From Eledone cirrhosa (taxonomy: Eukaryota): DNA of 64,000 bases. The position numbers and the translations under genes are program-made. Positions 13,787 to 27,234 of the stretch are shown one piece after another. Numbering within the stretch: the first letter of the stretch is position 1; each line of letters opens with the position of its first letter. The DNA is taken from assembly GCA_964016885.1 (NCBI GenBank), contig OZ024742.1, positions 213,528,001 through 213,592,000 on the forward strand. Direction: 5' to 3'. Below the pieces are notes generated by a model. It was not told where the DNA came from. It saw nothing but the letters and a program-made list of their open reading frames with translations, and did not search any database.

Positions 13787-13831
<45 letters not shown>

Positions 13832-14283
13832 GCACATATATGGCAACTTTCTTTCCGTCTTTAAGGGTCTCCACCCTATTTTATAAGCTTTTTGTAGCAT
13901 CCCCATGCATGCGTGCACTACTATTTATATTAGTGCTGTCCTCTCAGTGCTTCATAATATTCCAAGAGATCGCTTACGTATACACCATGTTTTGTTTATA
14001 TATATATATATATTCGTATGTGGTTGAGGGATGGGAGAAAAGAGTACTCAATACTGAAGTATTGTTTAAATATATTTATTTTATTAAGTCTAAATACAGA
14101 CCTGTCAACTCTCCCTGTCCGACGGGGCGATCTCCCACACACTTTAGGAAGGTGAGAGGTGTCTTTTCTTGTGAAAATGGGTATAGCTTTCATTTTTGCT
14201 TCATTTCTCCCCGTTTGGGACACTTTTTTCATGGTACTTCCCATTTAGGATTTTAGAGGTTGGCAGGCCTGTAAATAGTGAGT

Positions 14284-14446
14284 CTTGTTATTCTGGAGTT
14301 TCACCTGTTAATCACTGGTTCATCAAACAAGATCACGTGTAGAAATTCTTTGGGGGTATTGCAATATTATTCAATGAATGTGTGATTGAGTGAGTGTCTC
14401 TCCATTGATGAGCCTGCAATAAACAGACGAAACTCCAGAGTAACAC
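14284..14446. ncRNA. Pair of diverged hammerhead motifs in opposite orientations (14284-14331 -, 14394-14446 +)
   Basis: Minus: CTTGT-TTGATGA-ACCaG..CaGGT-GAAAC-TCCAGA-ATA-ACAAG. Plus: TTGATGA-GcCTG..CAGAC-GAAAC-TCCAGA-GTA-ACAC. Confidence 0.6.
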
Positions 14447-14559
14447 GCGTCAGTATTTAGCCTTAATAAAATGAATATATATATTACGATGTACCGAGGC
14501 ATTTGGATAATTTGAAATTCGAAAATGTTGATACCCAAACACATAGTAGCTACAATGAT

Positions 14560-14700
14560 AGTACTTATTTTGTCGACCCCGTAAGGATGAAAGGCAAAGT
14601 TAATCTCCGCGGGATTTGAACTCAGACCGAAAATGTACGTAACTCTATGCTGCATAGCATGACGTGTGACTCTCTATCGATACTGCCAATCCACCACCAT
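14560..14700 (-). mobile_element. SINE family A, partial
   Basis: Reverse complement of the 3768 SINE core. Confidence 0.75.
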
Positions 14701-15314
14701 GAATGAATAATAATAATATTATAATATTATTAATATTCGGTTTGTTTGCAAGTAAATAGCCTCATGACACAATATGTGTTTTCTAGCTGATTGATGTCAT
14801 CCTTTGGTTCCAGTGGTAGCAGAGAGAAAATACTCGACACTTGTTTTGGAGTTATTACCCCTTATCAACACTTTATATTCTTCCATCAATGCTACCCGCT
14901 GGAGCTGTTGAGAATACATTGTATTCTCGTAGGTATACATCGGCTGATTAACCCCATTTTCATACCGAATGATTTTACGGTCGTCTTTGTCGAAATTTAA
15001 AAACAAATTTGTTTTCGCTCTAATATGGTGGATACCTAAATGTATACATGAGTGAATATTTATAATATTATTGATATTCGGTTCGTTTACAAGCAATCAG
15101 CTTCATAAGTCCATGAGTGTTTTCTAGATGACTGACGTCATCCTTTGGTTCTAGTATTAATTGTATAAAGTCCTTACTTATCCTCGCGTGTTTCTATTAA
15201 TTACTCTTATCCCTACCTACACGATTTGAAAGACCTATGTTTTAACGTTTATTGTATGCAAGTAAGTGCCGCTAAGACTAATAAATAGTAAATATTATTT
15301 TGCTTTTGTGAATT

Positions 15315-15495
15315 GGCAGTATCGGTGGAGGGTCGGACGCCATGCTTTGACGCATAGAGTTACGGCCCTTGCCATTCTGAGTTCAAATCCCGCCGAGGTT
15401 AACTTTGCCTGTCATCCTTACGGGGTCGATAAAATAAAGTACCAGTAATGTACTGAATAATTGCTGGCCTTGTGCCAATAGTAGAAACAATTATT
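15315..15495 (+). mobile_element. SINE family A
   Basis: Close match to 3768-3946. Confidence 0.85.
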
Positions 15496-15754
15496 TTGCT
15501 TTTGTTTTTTATGAATAACCACCGGAAGTTAGTTATCTTTTTTTTCTAGATGCGCTCTTTCTCTCCCTCCCTCCCTTTTTCTACTGTCAGCCTTCATGAT
15601 GACGGTCTCCGCGCTCTCAGACTTTTTTTAGACTTACGCCCTACTCCTTATCCCAGCATTACTACTCTTACCGTCTAGCTGAGCTTGTTTTGACCCTCAA
15701 TGCGTTTTCTTTTTCCTGTGAATTCTATGAGCAGGTCTCTGTGGTAGCCATGGT

Positions 15755-16172
15755 AACACACACTAGTAAACAAAGATAGAATACAAAAACAAAAACACAT
15801 ACACTCAAACGCGAACACACACCAAACATTATACACACGCGCAAACGCATGCGCAGAGATGGCGACAAGAAGAAATAAATAAATAAATAAATAAATAAAT
15901 AAAATAAAAATGGCGTAGACATACAATACAACAGGAGGAAACATAATAGTACCACTGATGAGGTTGCAGATGTGCAACTTTGATAGACTATATATATATT
16001 TCTATCTGTATTTTTAACCGTTGGTCAATAAATGATAAACGTTGATTGCCAAATAAATAAACTATGGAGATATAAAAGATACAGAAGCGAAAACCAACCA
16101 AACAGTGAGTGTGTTCTTTTATTATTTCTGGCAATATTATTACAACAATATGACCCTCCCCAAGTATAACTA
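15755..16172 (+). mobile_element. PLE pLTR-like segment with a partly deleted HHR
   Basis: Homologous to 29600-30040 and 30920-31200; CTGATGA-gGTTGCA-gatg-TGCAAC at ~15955 with the GAAA segment deleted; ends in GACCCTCCCCAAGTATAAC. Confidence 0.7.
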
Positions 16173-16246
<74 letters not shown>

Positions 16247-16281
16247 TTATATGAATCAAAGTTCTGTTCAAATCATTTATA

Positions 16282-16328
16282 TGCTTACAATTGTTTCCTC
16301 CAAACCGAGGTTTGGATTCTTCGGAGCA
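16282..16328 (-). ncRNA. Hammerhead ribozyme, U4C core variant
   Basis: Minus strand: TGCT-CCGAAGA-aTCCAAACC-tc-GGTTTGGAg-GAAAC-AATT-GTA^AGCA. Confidence 0.72.
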
Positions 16329-17094
16329 ATTTATTAATGAATGATCACATATATGACCTCCTTTTCAACCCAAGAGACATACAGAAACATATGCATATAT
16401 TGTTGCTTGGTGGATCGACATCCATTATAACATTTAACGTGGCAGTATACATTTAAAGATTACAGTCATATCAAAAGAGGATAAAATAAAAATTAAAGTT
16501 CAAATACAACATGAAATTAATGCGATAGGATAGTCAGAAGCAGTTAGTGTGTGCAATAGTTACACGTGTGGCAAGCACGTGAGTCTTATTTATATAATAT
16601 TATAGCGCGGCAGGGTGTTACATGTAATACAAGCACTTCAAGCGGGTAATCAAGAGTATTAAGGGGGTTGTACTGGTAATGTATCTTCTATATGAATGTT
16701 ATAGAAGCTTGTGTGTAGAGAAATATTATAAATATTAAAAATATTAAAAATATTAGAAATGTGTAGCAAAGCGATGATATGGTTTTCGTGTACAACACCA
16801 TTTTCACAATCCGGAGAGCGTAATATCTAAATTATATGCCCCTCACATAATCCACGACGATTCAATATTGGACGTTTGATGATTCTGTTAGAGTATCATA
16901 GTTTGTTGGTCTTTAGTCCAATTTATATAGCAGGTTGTTTTAGTTGCGAGAATTAACATCGTATTATTTTCCGGAAGTAATAAGGTAGTAATAAGGTAGT
17001 AATATATTACTGCCTATCACTATTTAGGGTTTGAAAAAATATATATAACTACAAAAGGTTTTTGTATATGCATAACCATAAATAGTATCCTTAA

Positions 17095-17178
<84 letters not shown>

Positions 17179-17509
17179 CCTTTTTTTCTTTCCCCGCAAA
17201 ATATTTCTCTAACCAAGTTTTGATCCCATCACACTTACAATAAGACACGCACACACACATACGCGCACATGCACACTCATACTCTCTAAAACCATATTCC
17301 AAAAGTAGAATTTCTTTACAACCCTACCTTTGCCAATCCCATTTAGCTTTCTCCCCTATAGCAATTTCCTGTAGCTTACATTTCCCCTCTTCGCCACCCC
17401 CATCTGAACTCTTGACCAGTCCTTTAACACAATTGAGATACACACACATATATACAGAACATTTCCCTCTCCCTACAAATAATTTTGTTCTGTTAAAAGA
17501 CATATCTAA

Positions 17510-17547
<38 letters not shown>

Positions 17548-18059
17548 TAACTACCTCTCTCTCTATATAAGGTTCCATTTTAGACTCTGTCTTCTCAACA
17601 AGAAAGATGAACAAACTTGCTTCAACACTTAATTTTAAATCTTTAATTTTTAATTATTTTTAATTCTTTTTAATTGTAATATTCAACATTTGATAAGATG
17701 GATTACACTGATACCTCAAAACCTGTTATATTTCATATAATCGTGAAAGGCCTGAATCGTGAAACATCTGGATGCATGTGTAAAATCTGAAGAAAATCAG
17801 TTGGATAATCTTTAAGCTTACTAAATCTTAGAGTATGATTTTTCTTCCATTTGGAGAAAATCGGTTAGGTACTTTTTGAGTTTTAAAGATTCGCACCCAG
17901 TCATCCGGACAGACATCATCAGTTATGTCTATTGCACCTGCATGCATACTGTACAGAGTAAAGCCTACAATGCTTGAGTAAGACATGTCATGCAACCGCA
18001 TATCATGTTGGGCCTTCCCCACAGGAGACCATAGCCTCAACGTAAATCTACCCAATCTG

Positions 18060-19167
18060 ATATAGACAGAACTGTTGTATCGGATGCCGAACGCTTCGGA
18101 GTTACTATTGGGGTCACCATCAACAATTTCAAATGGGGGCTCTAAAAAGGGCCTTGTGTGCGTTCACATGTAGCCCTTAAAAGGACTTTTATGCGTTCAC
18201 TGGTAGCCCTTAAAAGGAATTTGGTTGCTTTCCCTGGCAGCCCATAGAATGACTCTGTATGCGTGCAGGATTTGTTCATACGCCTCAAATTGTCAACCAA
18301 CGGAGGGTTTCTTCTCTGGGGGTGTTCACTTTAAACCAAAGGAAACAGACGTTTTTGTTAAGAAACAAAAGTAAAAGTAAACCAGACTTGTTAAAGAAAT
18401 GGTGATAACGTACCTACTTCTTCGCTGTTGCGCTTATAACACTGTTATATCGGATGCTAAACGCTTTGGAGTTAACATTGGGGGTCAACAATTTCAAGTG
18501 GAGGCCCTAAAAAGAGCCGTGAGTGCGTTCACTTGTAACCCTTAAAAGGACTTTGTGTGCATTCACTGACAGCCCTTAAAGTGACTTTGTTTGCGTTCTC
18601 TGGCAGCCCTAAAAAGGAGGGGTCACCATCAACAATTTCATGTGGGGGCCCTAAAAAGGCCGTGTGAGTGTTCACTTGTAGCCCTTAAAAGGACTGTGTA
18701 TGCGTTCACTGACAGCACTTAAAAGGACTTTGCGTTCACTGGCAGCCCTTAGAATGACTCTGTATGCGTTCACGATTTGTTCAAACGCCTTAAATTGTCG
18801 CGCCGATTGTCAAGGGCGGGGGTAAATTTCCTAGAAACCATTAATGGAATCAGAATGCGAGGGGACTAACTAATGTGTGCTGCAAATTTCGAGGAAATCG
18901 GCTGGATTATCTTTAAGTTACGTCTCAAAACAGCTTAGAAATGCCACAAAAATGTGGTTTTTCGCCTAATGCGGGCCCTAGGGGAGAAAAAGTTTCTAAA
19001 ATGTTTAACCCATTGCACTTCAAGAAATATGAGTAACACATATGTAAAGTTTGAAAAAAATTGGTCGCATACTTCTCGAGTTTTAGGGATTTACACAGAC
19101 AGACAGACAGCCAGCCAGCCAGACAGACAGACAGCCAGACTGACATCCTCTGTTTTATATATATAGA
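18060..19167 (-). mobile_element. Non-autonomous Helitron/Helentron-like element with an internal ~32-bp minisatellite
   Basis: Minus strand begins TCTATATATATAAAA followed by (GTCT/GGCT)n; tandem GCGTTCACTGGCAGCCCTTAAAAGGACTTT-like units at ~18130-18780. Confidence 0.6.
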
Positions 19168-19170
19168 GAA

Positions 19171-19210
<40 letters not shown>

Positions 19211-20012
19211 TCCCCAAAAATGTGTACACATTTTGATTACATGAATAAGCAATATTTATTAGAATGCTGTTGTTGAAGTGTGTATACATTTTTGGGGGTT
19301 ACCCTGTATATATATGTGTTGGTGTATGTGTGTGTATGTTTGTGTGTATGTATGTGTGTCTGTATGCGTGTGTGTGTGGGGGGGGGGGGGGGGGGGTCCG
19401 AAATACATGCAATATTAAGGTGTTTGTGTGTATATTACGACACAGTATCACGAAAGATTTCTTAATGCCTTTTCCACAAATGTCAAACAATTTTTACCTG
19501 TTAGCACAACATTACAAGGACATTTAATTGAGTATTAATTAAATGCTTATTTTAAGTGGTTTGTTCATCAATTTATCCATTAGAGATGGTTCGCAGGTTT
19601 AGCCGACACATTAAAATGTTATGTTGCGTATTGTGTAGGTGTTAGCGTTTGGCACTTATAATTACCTCAACACCAAGCCGATAATTGCTAGGTTGAAGTT
19701 ACTCTGGCGCATTTTCTTATATATTTTACTGCTTTCTGATATTTCATTGCTGTCCGATTATGCTATTCTAAGTATTAAATCTTCATTGAAGTTCTTATTA
19801 CATACCTTTGAAGAGGTTTTCTGTTTAACTTTTTTATGTTTTCCTGATATATTAACTTGTTTGCTTCATTTAATTTTTGTTGTGTATATATGTGTATATA
19901 TATGTGTGTATATATATATACACACACATATATATATATATATATATATGAATATATATAAATTAAATGCTAGAGAAAACAATACCAAATACTTGAACAA
20001 ATATATTTAATG

Positions 20013-20130
20013 GCTTACAATTGTTTGAAAAATCATATCAGAATCCAGCACATACAGATGAAAATGATCGATTATATAATCGATAAGAACAAATGATAAT
20101 ATAATGAAACAATGATCTCATCTTCGGAGC
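20013..20130 (-). ncRNA. Degenerate hammerhead with a ~94-nt stem II insert
   Basis: Minus strand: GCT-CCGAAGA-[~94 nt]-cAAAC-AATT-GTA^AGC; same core and flanks as 16282, with G12 altered. Confidence 0.5.
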
Positions 20131-20756
20131 TGAAAATGAAATATATATGAAATTCAAAAATACATGTCACTGACGAATAGGGACTGCAATAAATGTAAAA
20201 CGCGAAGCATACCAGTCAACGTATGTGGGATGGAAGCAGAATTAGAATAGATTTTAAATTCGAAGAAGTTAACCGTTTAAAAAGATGGTGGAAATATGAA
20301 ATAGTAAACAATATGGTGTATATAGCAACGGGCATAAATATGATAAAGAGATAAAGAAAGAGAGAGAAAAGGAGGGATTGATACAAGAAGATATAACGCA
20401 GAGGGAAAAACATCACATCTAAAGGAAAGAAAAGTGATGTATAAGACAAGTCTACACACACACACACGTCTTCACCATCATCAGCTCTCAAACCAACAAA
20501 ATGGTTTCGCATCGCCTTCTTTGTTTCCTTCTTCCGGTCACTTCTGTGCGCCGGCATGCTTCTTGTTGTCTTCCTGTGCTTTCAATCTTTTCTATATTTC
20601 ATTTGCCTGTCATCCACTTTGTGGATTGTCTCTGTCTTGACCATTGGCCGCAAGTCTCCATCTTCTGAGGTATTTTTGCCCATCGCTCTCTTTGACAGTA
20701 TTTAGCTGTTTTAGCGGCTGTTCTAGCGATGTGTTTTCTCATTTTTCGATGTGTGC

Positions 20757-20792
<36 letters not shown>

Positions 20793-20793
<1 letters not shown>

Positions 20794-21645
20794 TTATCAT
20801 AAATTATGTCCATAGAATCATTTGATAAAATATATACACTATTTCCTCTCCCAACTAGCATAATTAACCACATAAAAAATCAATTAGACCAGGCTATAAG
20901 TATAAAGGCTCCTATGAAGAAATATTTGATAAATAATCGAAAGCGGCCTCTTCGCGGCTGACCGCAATAGAATATTTACCCAACATTTCAACAGCATGTA
21001 GAAATTGACTAAATATACCGTCAACCATACTCAATTAGGTGTAAATTTAAAGTTAGAAGAAATGCGTACATTCTTACCGTGAATACATCCCTACCATGGT
21101 TCCGTTCGTATTTTGAGATATCCTATTAAGGATAAATTTCGAGTATCGAACTCTTCTGGAGACAAACTCATTAGGGCAGTTAATTTTCCAAAGCGATTCC
21201 CGCCAGAAATAGATTTAAAAAATGGCTAAGAATCGTGACGTGGCAGTGGTCAAGTTAGAAAGAATGTGATTAGTTGCTTACGGCGAGTAGGTTGCTAGAA
21301 AGCGCAGCCCAATATCGCCCAAATTGCATATCAACCGAATGAGGGATTATTAAATATAAAGATTAACATATACACAAAGTCACAGATATGTGGCAACCGT
21401 TCACGATGTGGCTCAATGAAGAATTAATAAATTAAATAATCAGAGCAATATATCATAAATTATGTCCATATAATCATTTGATAACATATATTCACTATTT
21501 CCTCTCCCAACTAGCATAATTAACCACATAAAAAAATCAATTAGACCAGGCTATAAGAATAAAGGCTCCTATGAAGAAATATTTTATAAATAAACTAAAG
21601 TGGCCTCTTCTTCTTCATTGGGCCACATCGTGAACGGTTTCCACA
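20793..21645 (+). mobile_element. Internally deleted PLE-like element with direct pLTR-like repeats
   Basis: 20793-20950 repeats at ~21450-21610; short inversion 21613-21645; remnants resembling the PLE linker/endonuclease (PYHGSVRIL, LLESA); minus-strand copy at ~30415-30915. Confidence 0.55.
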
Positions 21646-21661
21646 TATATATATATATTCT

Positions 21662-22156
<495 letters not shown>

Positions 22157-22435
22157 CATATATTATGTATAGTTAAATTAAATCTAGACCTAAATTTAAG
22201 TCCCATGAGTGCAGTGGATCTGTATGTAGGTTCATCTTACAATAGCATAACTATGTTCAATAGCTTTTTGTTTAAAACATTTTTGCAAAACTCGAAAATA
22301 TGGCTTTTAACCATATATCAGCTCCCGGCGATCTCCATATTCGAGTAATACCAAGAATATCTTTGTTGATCTGATAATGATAATGACAATAATAATACAT
22401 TATCTACAGATTAACAGTAACTAATATCTATCACG

Positions 22436-22515
22436 TGAAGGCGCGAGACATAGTCGTTTGAGAATTGGATTAGCAATCGTGAGGTTGCGAGTTCGATTCC
22501 GGGACCGGGTGATGT
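22436..22515 (+). mobile_element. tRNA-like SINE head
   Basis: A-box-like start and B-box GAGTTCGATTCC. Confidence 0.5.
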
Positions 22516-22702
22516 CTTTCTGCCAGGAGTTGCAACTTGTAATTAGTATCAGCAATGGAACGACCAAAGGAAATGTTGTTTCCTTTGGTCTGATTTGACG
22601 AGTTCCACTCCACTCGATAAGCGAATGACGTTGGATTTTGTCGATCGGGTATCTATCTAGCACACACTTAAACTTGTTTTTTACTTTCCAACTACGGAAA
22701 TT

Positions 22703-22790
<88 letters not shown>

Positions 22791-23543
22791 GGGTGGAAGC
22801 ACTTTAACAGTTTCACATGTTAATCTGTTGATACAATAATTACACGGTTGTCCTAGCTTGGGCTTCTGGATAGGAATGTTGTCTTACAGTCGATCCTATG
22901 CGCGTGCTCCAAATGAATTTGTTAAGCAAATTGTAAACAAAATCGAAATCACTGGATATCGATCTAAACACATTTTATTATAATTAACTCCCCAAATGTT
23001 TTGTGAAGCCATATTGCTATATTAAACATTACCCCCAGCCCCATTTAATCTATCACTGCTGCTGTCAGTTGATGACCGACTCGCAGTTAATGGATACCGT
23101 GGGATTCCGGTACCGACTTAAAAATTTAGCAGTTAGGTTGCTTTTCGAAAACCCCTCAAGGGATTGCTGGTTTATGAGAGTCACTTTGTCTAGAATTTGC
23201 TGGTTATGAATTTATTATTAATCAATAACCTGTGGATTCTCCGCGGAATTTGAAACAGTACTGTACCAGCTTAGACGTGGAGTTTTTTTAATTCCGATGG
23301 ATCTTTGTGTGATAAACTAGGAGTGTACTGGCTTTTTCATTTGATGAAATTGTGAGTACATTAACCTGTTCATATTTTAATCTGTCGATACAATAATTAC
23401 ACTGTTTTCATAGCTTAGGCTTCGGACTGGAAATGTCTTACAATTGATCCTATGTGTGTGCTCCAATGTTGTGGAAATTGTAAACAACGAGATCGAAATC
23501 ATTGGTATTGATCTAAACCCATATATATATATATATATATATA

Positions 23544-23730
23544 ATTGTTTCTACTCTTGGCACAAGGCCAGCAATTATCCCAGTGTATCACCGGTACTTT
23601 ATTTTATCGACCCCGTAAGGATGAAAGGCAAAGTTAACCTTGGCGGGATTTGAACTCAGACTATAAAGGGCTGTAACTCTTTGCTAAGCATGGCGTCCGA
23701 CCCTTTACCGATACCGCCAATCCACCGCCG
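23544..23730 (-). mobile_element. SINE family A
   Basis: Reverse complement of 3768-3946. Confidence 0.85.
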
Positions 23731-23819
23731 TATTATAAATAATAATAATACTCCGGATAAATAGATACCGTTGAATGCTTGGCATCTATTACAAATCAAC
23801 TAATTCTTTTTTCCTTGAT

Positions 23820-23855
<36 letters not shown>

Positions 23856-23858
23856 GGA

Positions 23859-23967
<109 letters not shown>

Positions 23968-24379
23968 CGCACGCGTGTGTGTGTATTTACATGAACGAGC
24001 GCTCACATGTGTGAGTGTGTACTTTGTGAGTAAGCATGGAAATTAGCATTAAGCAGGGATCAGTATCTTCAACTTCTTGGGAATCGCTACACGTTATGGT
24101 CATGGACAACCTGTGACGTAGATCTAACATGGATCTTTAAAGAATTGAAACCGTGGCTTGGCTTTAAATTCCTGCTTGATGTCAAGTTGTCTTCTCATAC
24201 ACTTAACGCTCTTCAGACAGTCCTGAACGTCGCAATGCCCTTTGTCATCTAAATATAAAAGCGCTGTGCCTTTTGAAAATGCACACGTATACATATATAT
24301 TATGGTTATATGTAGACAGGTGACTAAATTATCATCATACTAGTCTCACAATTATTGTCATCGTCCGTATCTGCTTCTA

Positions 24380-24599
24380 GATTATCATCATCATAGTCAT
24401 GATCATGATCATCATCATAACTACCACCATCATTAAAACCACTATCATTCTCATTACCACCACCACCACCACCACCACCACCACCACCACCGATATCGTC
24501 ATCAGCATCACCATAACTGCCTTTATCATTACATCCACTATGATTCTCATTATCCCCATCATCATCATCACCACCACCACCACCACCAGCAAATCAAAA

Positions 24600-24660
<61 letters not shown>

Positions 24661-24662
24661 CT
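24380..24662. repeat. (CAT)n/(CAC)n low-complexity tract
   Basis: Direct reading. Confidence 0.9.
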
Positions 24663-25121
24663 GCTGAGTACATTAAAGGTTAACAGAATACTAACTAGAC
24701 TTTCATTGCCTTATTCTATCCAATCCAGTTTCAACATCTACTCAGTATTGTCTTTCACCACTGCGGGGGGTAGATTACACCGCGTACCAGCATTTTTCTA
24801 AAGGTTGATTTAATCGACCATTACCATTCAGTGTACAGAAATTTGACCTCGCATCTAGTAAAAATAAATCAATACATTATCAACGAAGAAGCAGCAAACG
24901 ACCAATAACATCAAAGCAGGCTTGACACAGTTCTGTATGTTTGGCCGTTCTAATCTCCATTTATTTGTTTGTCAATAGATTTTCATTCTGGCAGATTGCC
25001 ACAACCAATGTGTTCGAATTGCTTCTCGTGAGCTATTGCATTTTCAATGGCCTATGCCTCACTGGTTTATGGTGGATCAAGAATTTACTGAAAACTGTCT
25101 ATTTGATGATCCACTGAGAAT

Positions 25122-25221
<100 letters not shown>

Positions 25222-25227
25222 TTATCA

Positions 25228-25830
25228 AACAACTGATTCTTGTTTTCAAAAATCACTTTGGAAGAAGAATCAGGATGGAGAGAGAGCTGCTGTACCCCAG
25301 CAAGTTTTATGAAAGGTGGGTTATCAGCCTGTAGGTTGAGGAAAAAGAGGAAGAGAGGAAAGCGGTACAAACTCTTCGTACTCCTGGAGATGAGGGCTGC
25401 ACATTTTTTTTCGGGGTATGTGCTACCCATATGAACTGTCTCCCCCTATTGGAGAAAAACGATTAACTTTTAATTTGCATTTGTGATATTTTACACGTTT
25501 TTATTGTATGTAAACTCCCCCCTTTGTAATTGCCCCCCTTTTTTGTGCCCCTGTGGCTAATAAAGAAACATATCTATCTATCTATATATCTATCTATCTA
25601 TCTATTTATTTATCTATCTATCTGTCTGTTTATCTGTCTGTCTATGAGGGTTGTTCTATCGACGGGGTATTAAACAACTCATTTGTGGCGCCTCCTCTCT
25701 ATTGGGGATTTCGATTGTTATAATTGTTTGTTTCAATATTTTTACACGACTGTATGTAAAATCCCCGGCATGTGTCTTTGTATTGTCCCCTTTTCTTGTG
25801 CGCTCTTGTGGCAAATAAAGAAATCTATTT
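25228..25830 (+). mobile_element. Two 5'-truncated Tx1-family 3' ends, each flanked by (TCTA)n
   Basis: About 25236-25570 is homologous to 55320-55675 (CACTTTGGAAGAAGAATCAGGATGGAGAGAGAG...TGTAAACTCCCCC...AATAAAGAAA); ~25645-25826 is a related 3' UTR. Confidence 0.8.
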
Positions 25831-25842
25831 ATCTATCTCTCT

Positions 25843-25900
<58 letters not shown>

Positions 25901-25965
25901 CGTAAAATAAGAAAAAATTTTTTTTAAATTTTAAAAAAAAATTAACTTGCTTACTTAAATTTTCA

Positions 25966-26045
25966 CTCCAACTAATTAGTTTCTGCAATGGGATAAAGAC
26001 AGTTACGTAATGAACCGTTGAGAATTTCATTGCGTCATCAGGGAG
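25966..26045 (-). ncRNA. Hammerhead ribozyme
   Basis: Reverse complement of 26969-27048. Confidence 0.85.
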
Positions 26046-26523
26046 GTCATTCTCAGCCGAGTTTCCAGGCGATGCGCGGACACTGGCGACTCATATAAAA
26101 ATAATAATAATTCGGTAAATGGAACAGCTATCGAGGACTGGATTCCAGCTACTGAAAATTCTCACTGCCACTGATCATATGGCCGATTCTAAAGAATCAA
26201 TCACGTGACACAGAGGCTAGTCAGTAGGAATGGGGTGGTAAGATGACAAGCGCCTACTAACACCCCCCAAAAAATTTTTTAGAAGTGGTTTTGGCAGGTT
26301 TGCTCGACAAATCAGTGATTTGGAGATAAATATAGATAATTTAATATATCTACTAACATAAGCGCACAGATGTACGCCAATGCCAGCAAATACACAGGTT
26401 ATGTCATAGTACCTAGGTGGTTCGATGCAGGAGAATGCAGAACAATAATATAAAAGACGTAAAATAAGAAAAATTTTTTTTTAAATTTAAAAAAAAAAAT
26501 TAACTTGCTTACTTAAATTTTCA

Positions 26524-26603
26524 CTCCAACTAATTAGTTTCTGCAATGGGATAAAGACAGTTACGTAATGAACCGTTGAGAATTTCATTGCGTCATCAGG
26601 GAG
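26524..26603 (-). ncRNA. Hammerhead ribozyme
   Basis: Second tandem copy of the same motif. Confidence 0.85.
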
Positions 26604-26968
26604 GTCATTCTCAGCCGAGTCTATTTGCTGGCATTGGCGTACATCTGTGCGCTTATGTTAGTAGATATATTAAATTATCTATATTTATCTCCAAATCACT
26701 GATTTGTCGAGCAAACCTGCCAAAACCACTTCTAAAAATTTTTTTTGGGGGTGTTAGTAGGCGCTTGTCATCTTACCACCCCATTCCTACTGACTAGCCT
26801 CTGTGTCACGTGATTGATTCTTTAGAATCGGCCATATGATCAGTGGCAGTGAGAATTTTCAGTAGCTGGAATCCAGTCCTCGATAGCTGTTCCATTTACC
26901 GAATTATTATTATTTTTATATGAGTCGCCAGTGTCCGCGCATCGCCTGGAGACTCGGCTGAGAATGAC

Positions 26969-27048
26969 CTCCCTGATGACGCAATGAAATTCTCAACGGT
27001 TCATTACCTAACTGTCTTTATCCCATTGCAGAAACTAATTAGTTGGAG
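26969..27048 (+). ncRNA. Hammerhead ribozyme with a 51-nt stem II region
   Basis: CTCC-CTGATGA-cGCAATG..CATTGCa-GAAAC-TAATTA-GTT^GGAG. Confidence 0.85.
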
Positions 27049-27234
27049 TGAAAATTTAAGTAAGCAAGTTAATTTTTTTTTTTAAATTTAAAAAAAATTT
27101 TTCTTATTTTACGTCTTTTATATTATTGTTCTGCATTCTCCTGCATCGAACCACCTAGGTACTATGACATAACCTGTGTATTTGCTGGCATTGGCGTACA
27201 TCTGTGCGCTTATGTTAGTAGATATATTAAATTA

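Larger units (their letters stand above)
13001..13790 (+). mobile_element. Non-coding HHR element (~426-nt monomer, partial tandem plus inverted arm)
   Basis: AACGGTGGTTGCTAGACACTGCGG recurs at 13181 and 13607; 13001-13172 is inverted relative to 13478-13645; a second genomic copy lies at ~34820-35255. Confidence 0.8.

Noticed and set aside
18130-18780. ~32-bp repeats resembling a CRISPR array
   Set aside because: Head-to-tail degenerate minisatellite with no unique spacers, no cas genes, and a eukaryotic context.
20905-20956. HHR-like ATGAAGA...GAAAG-CGGC-CTC
   Set aside because: No stem I partner and the core is inconsistent among the three copies; at most a decayed motif.
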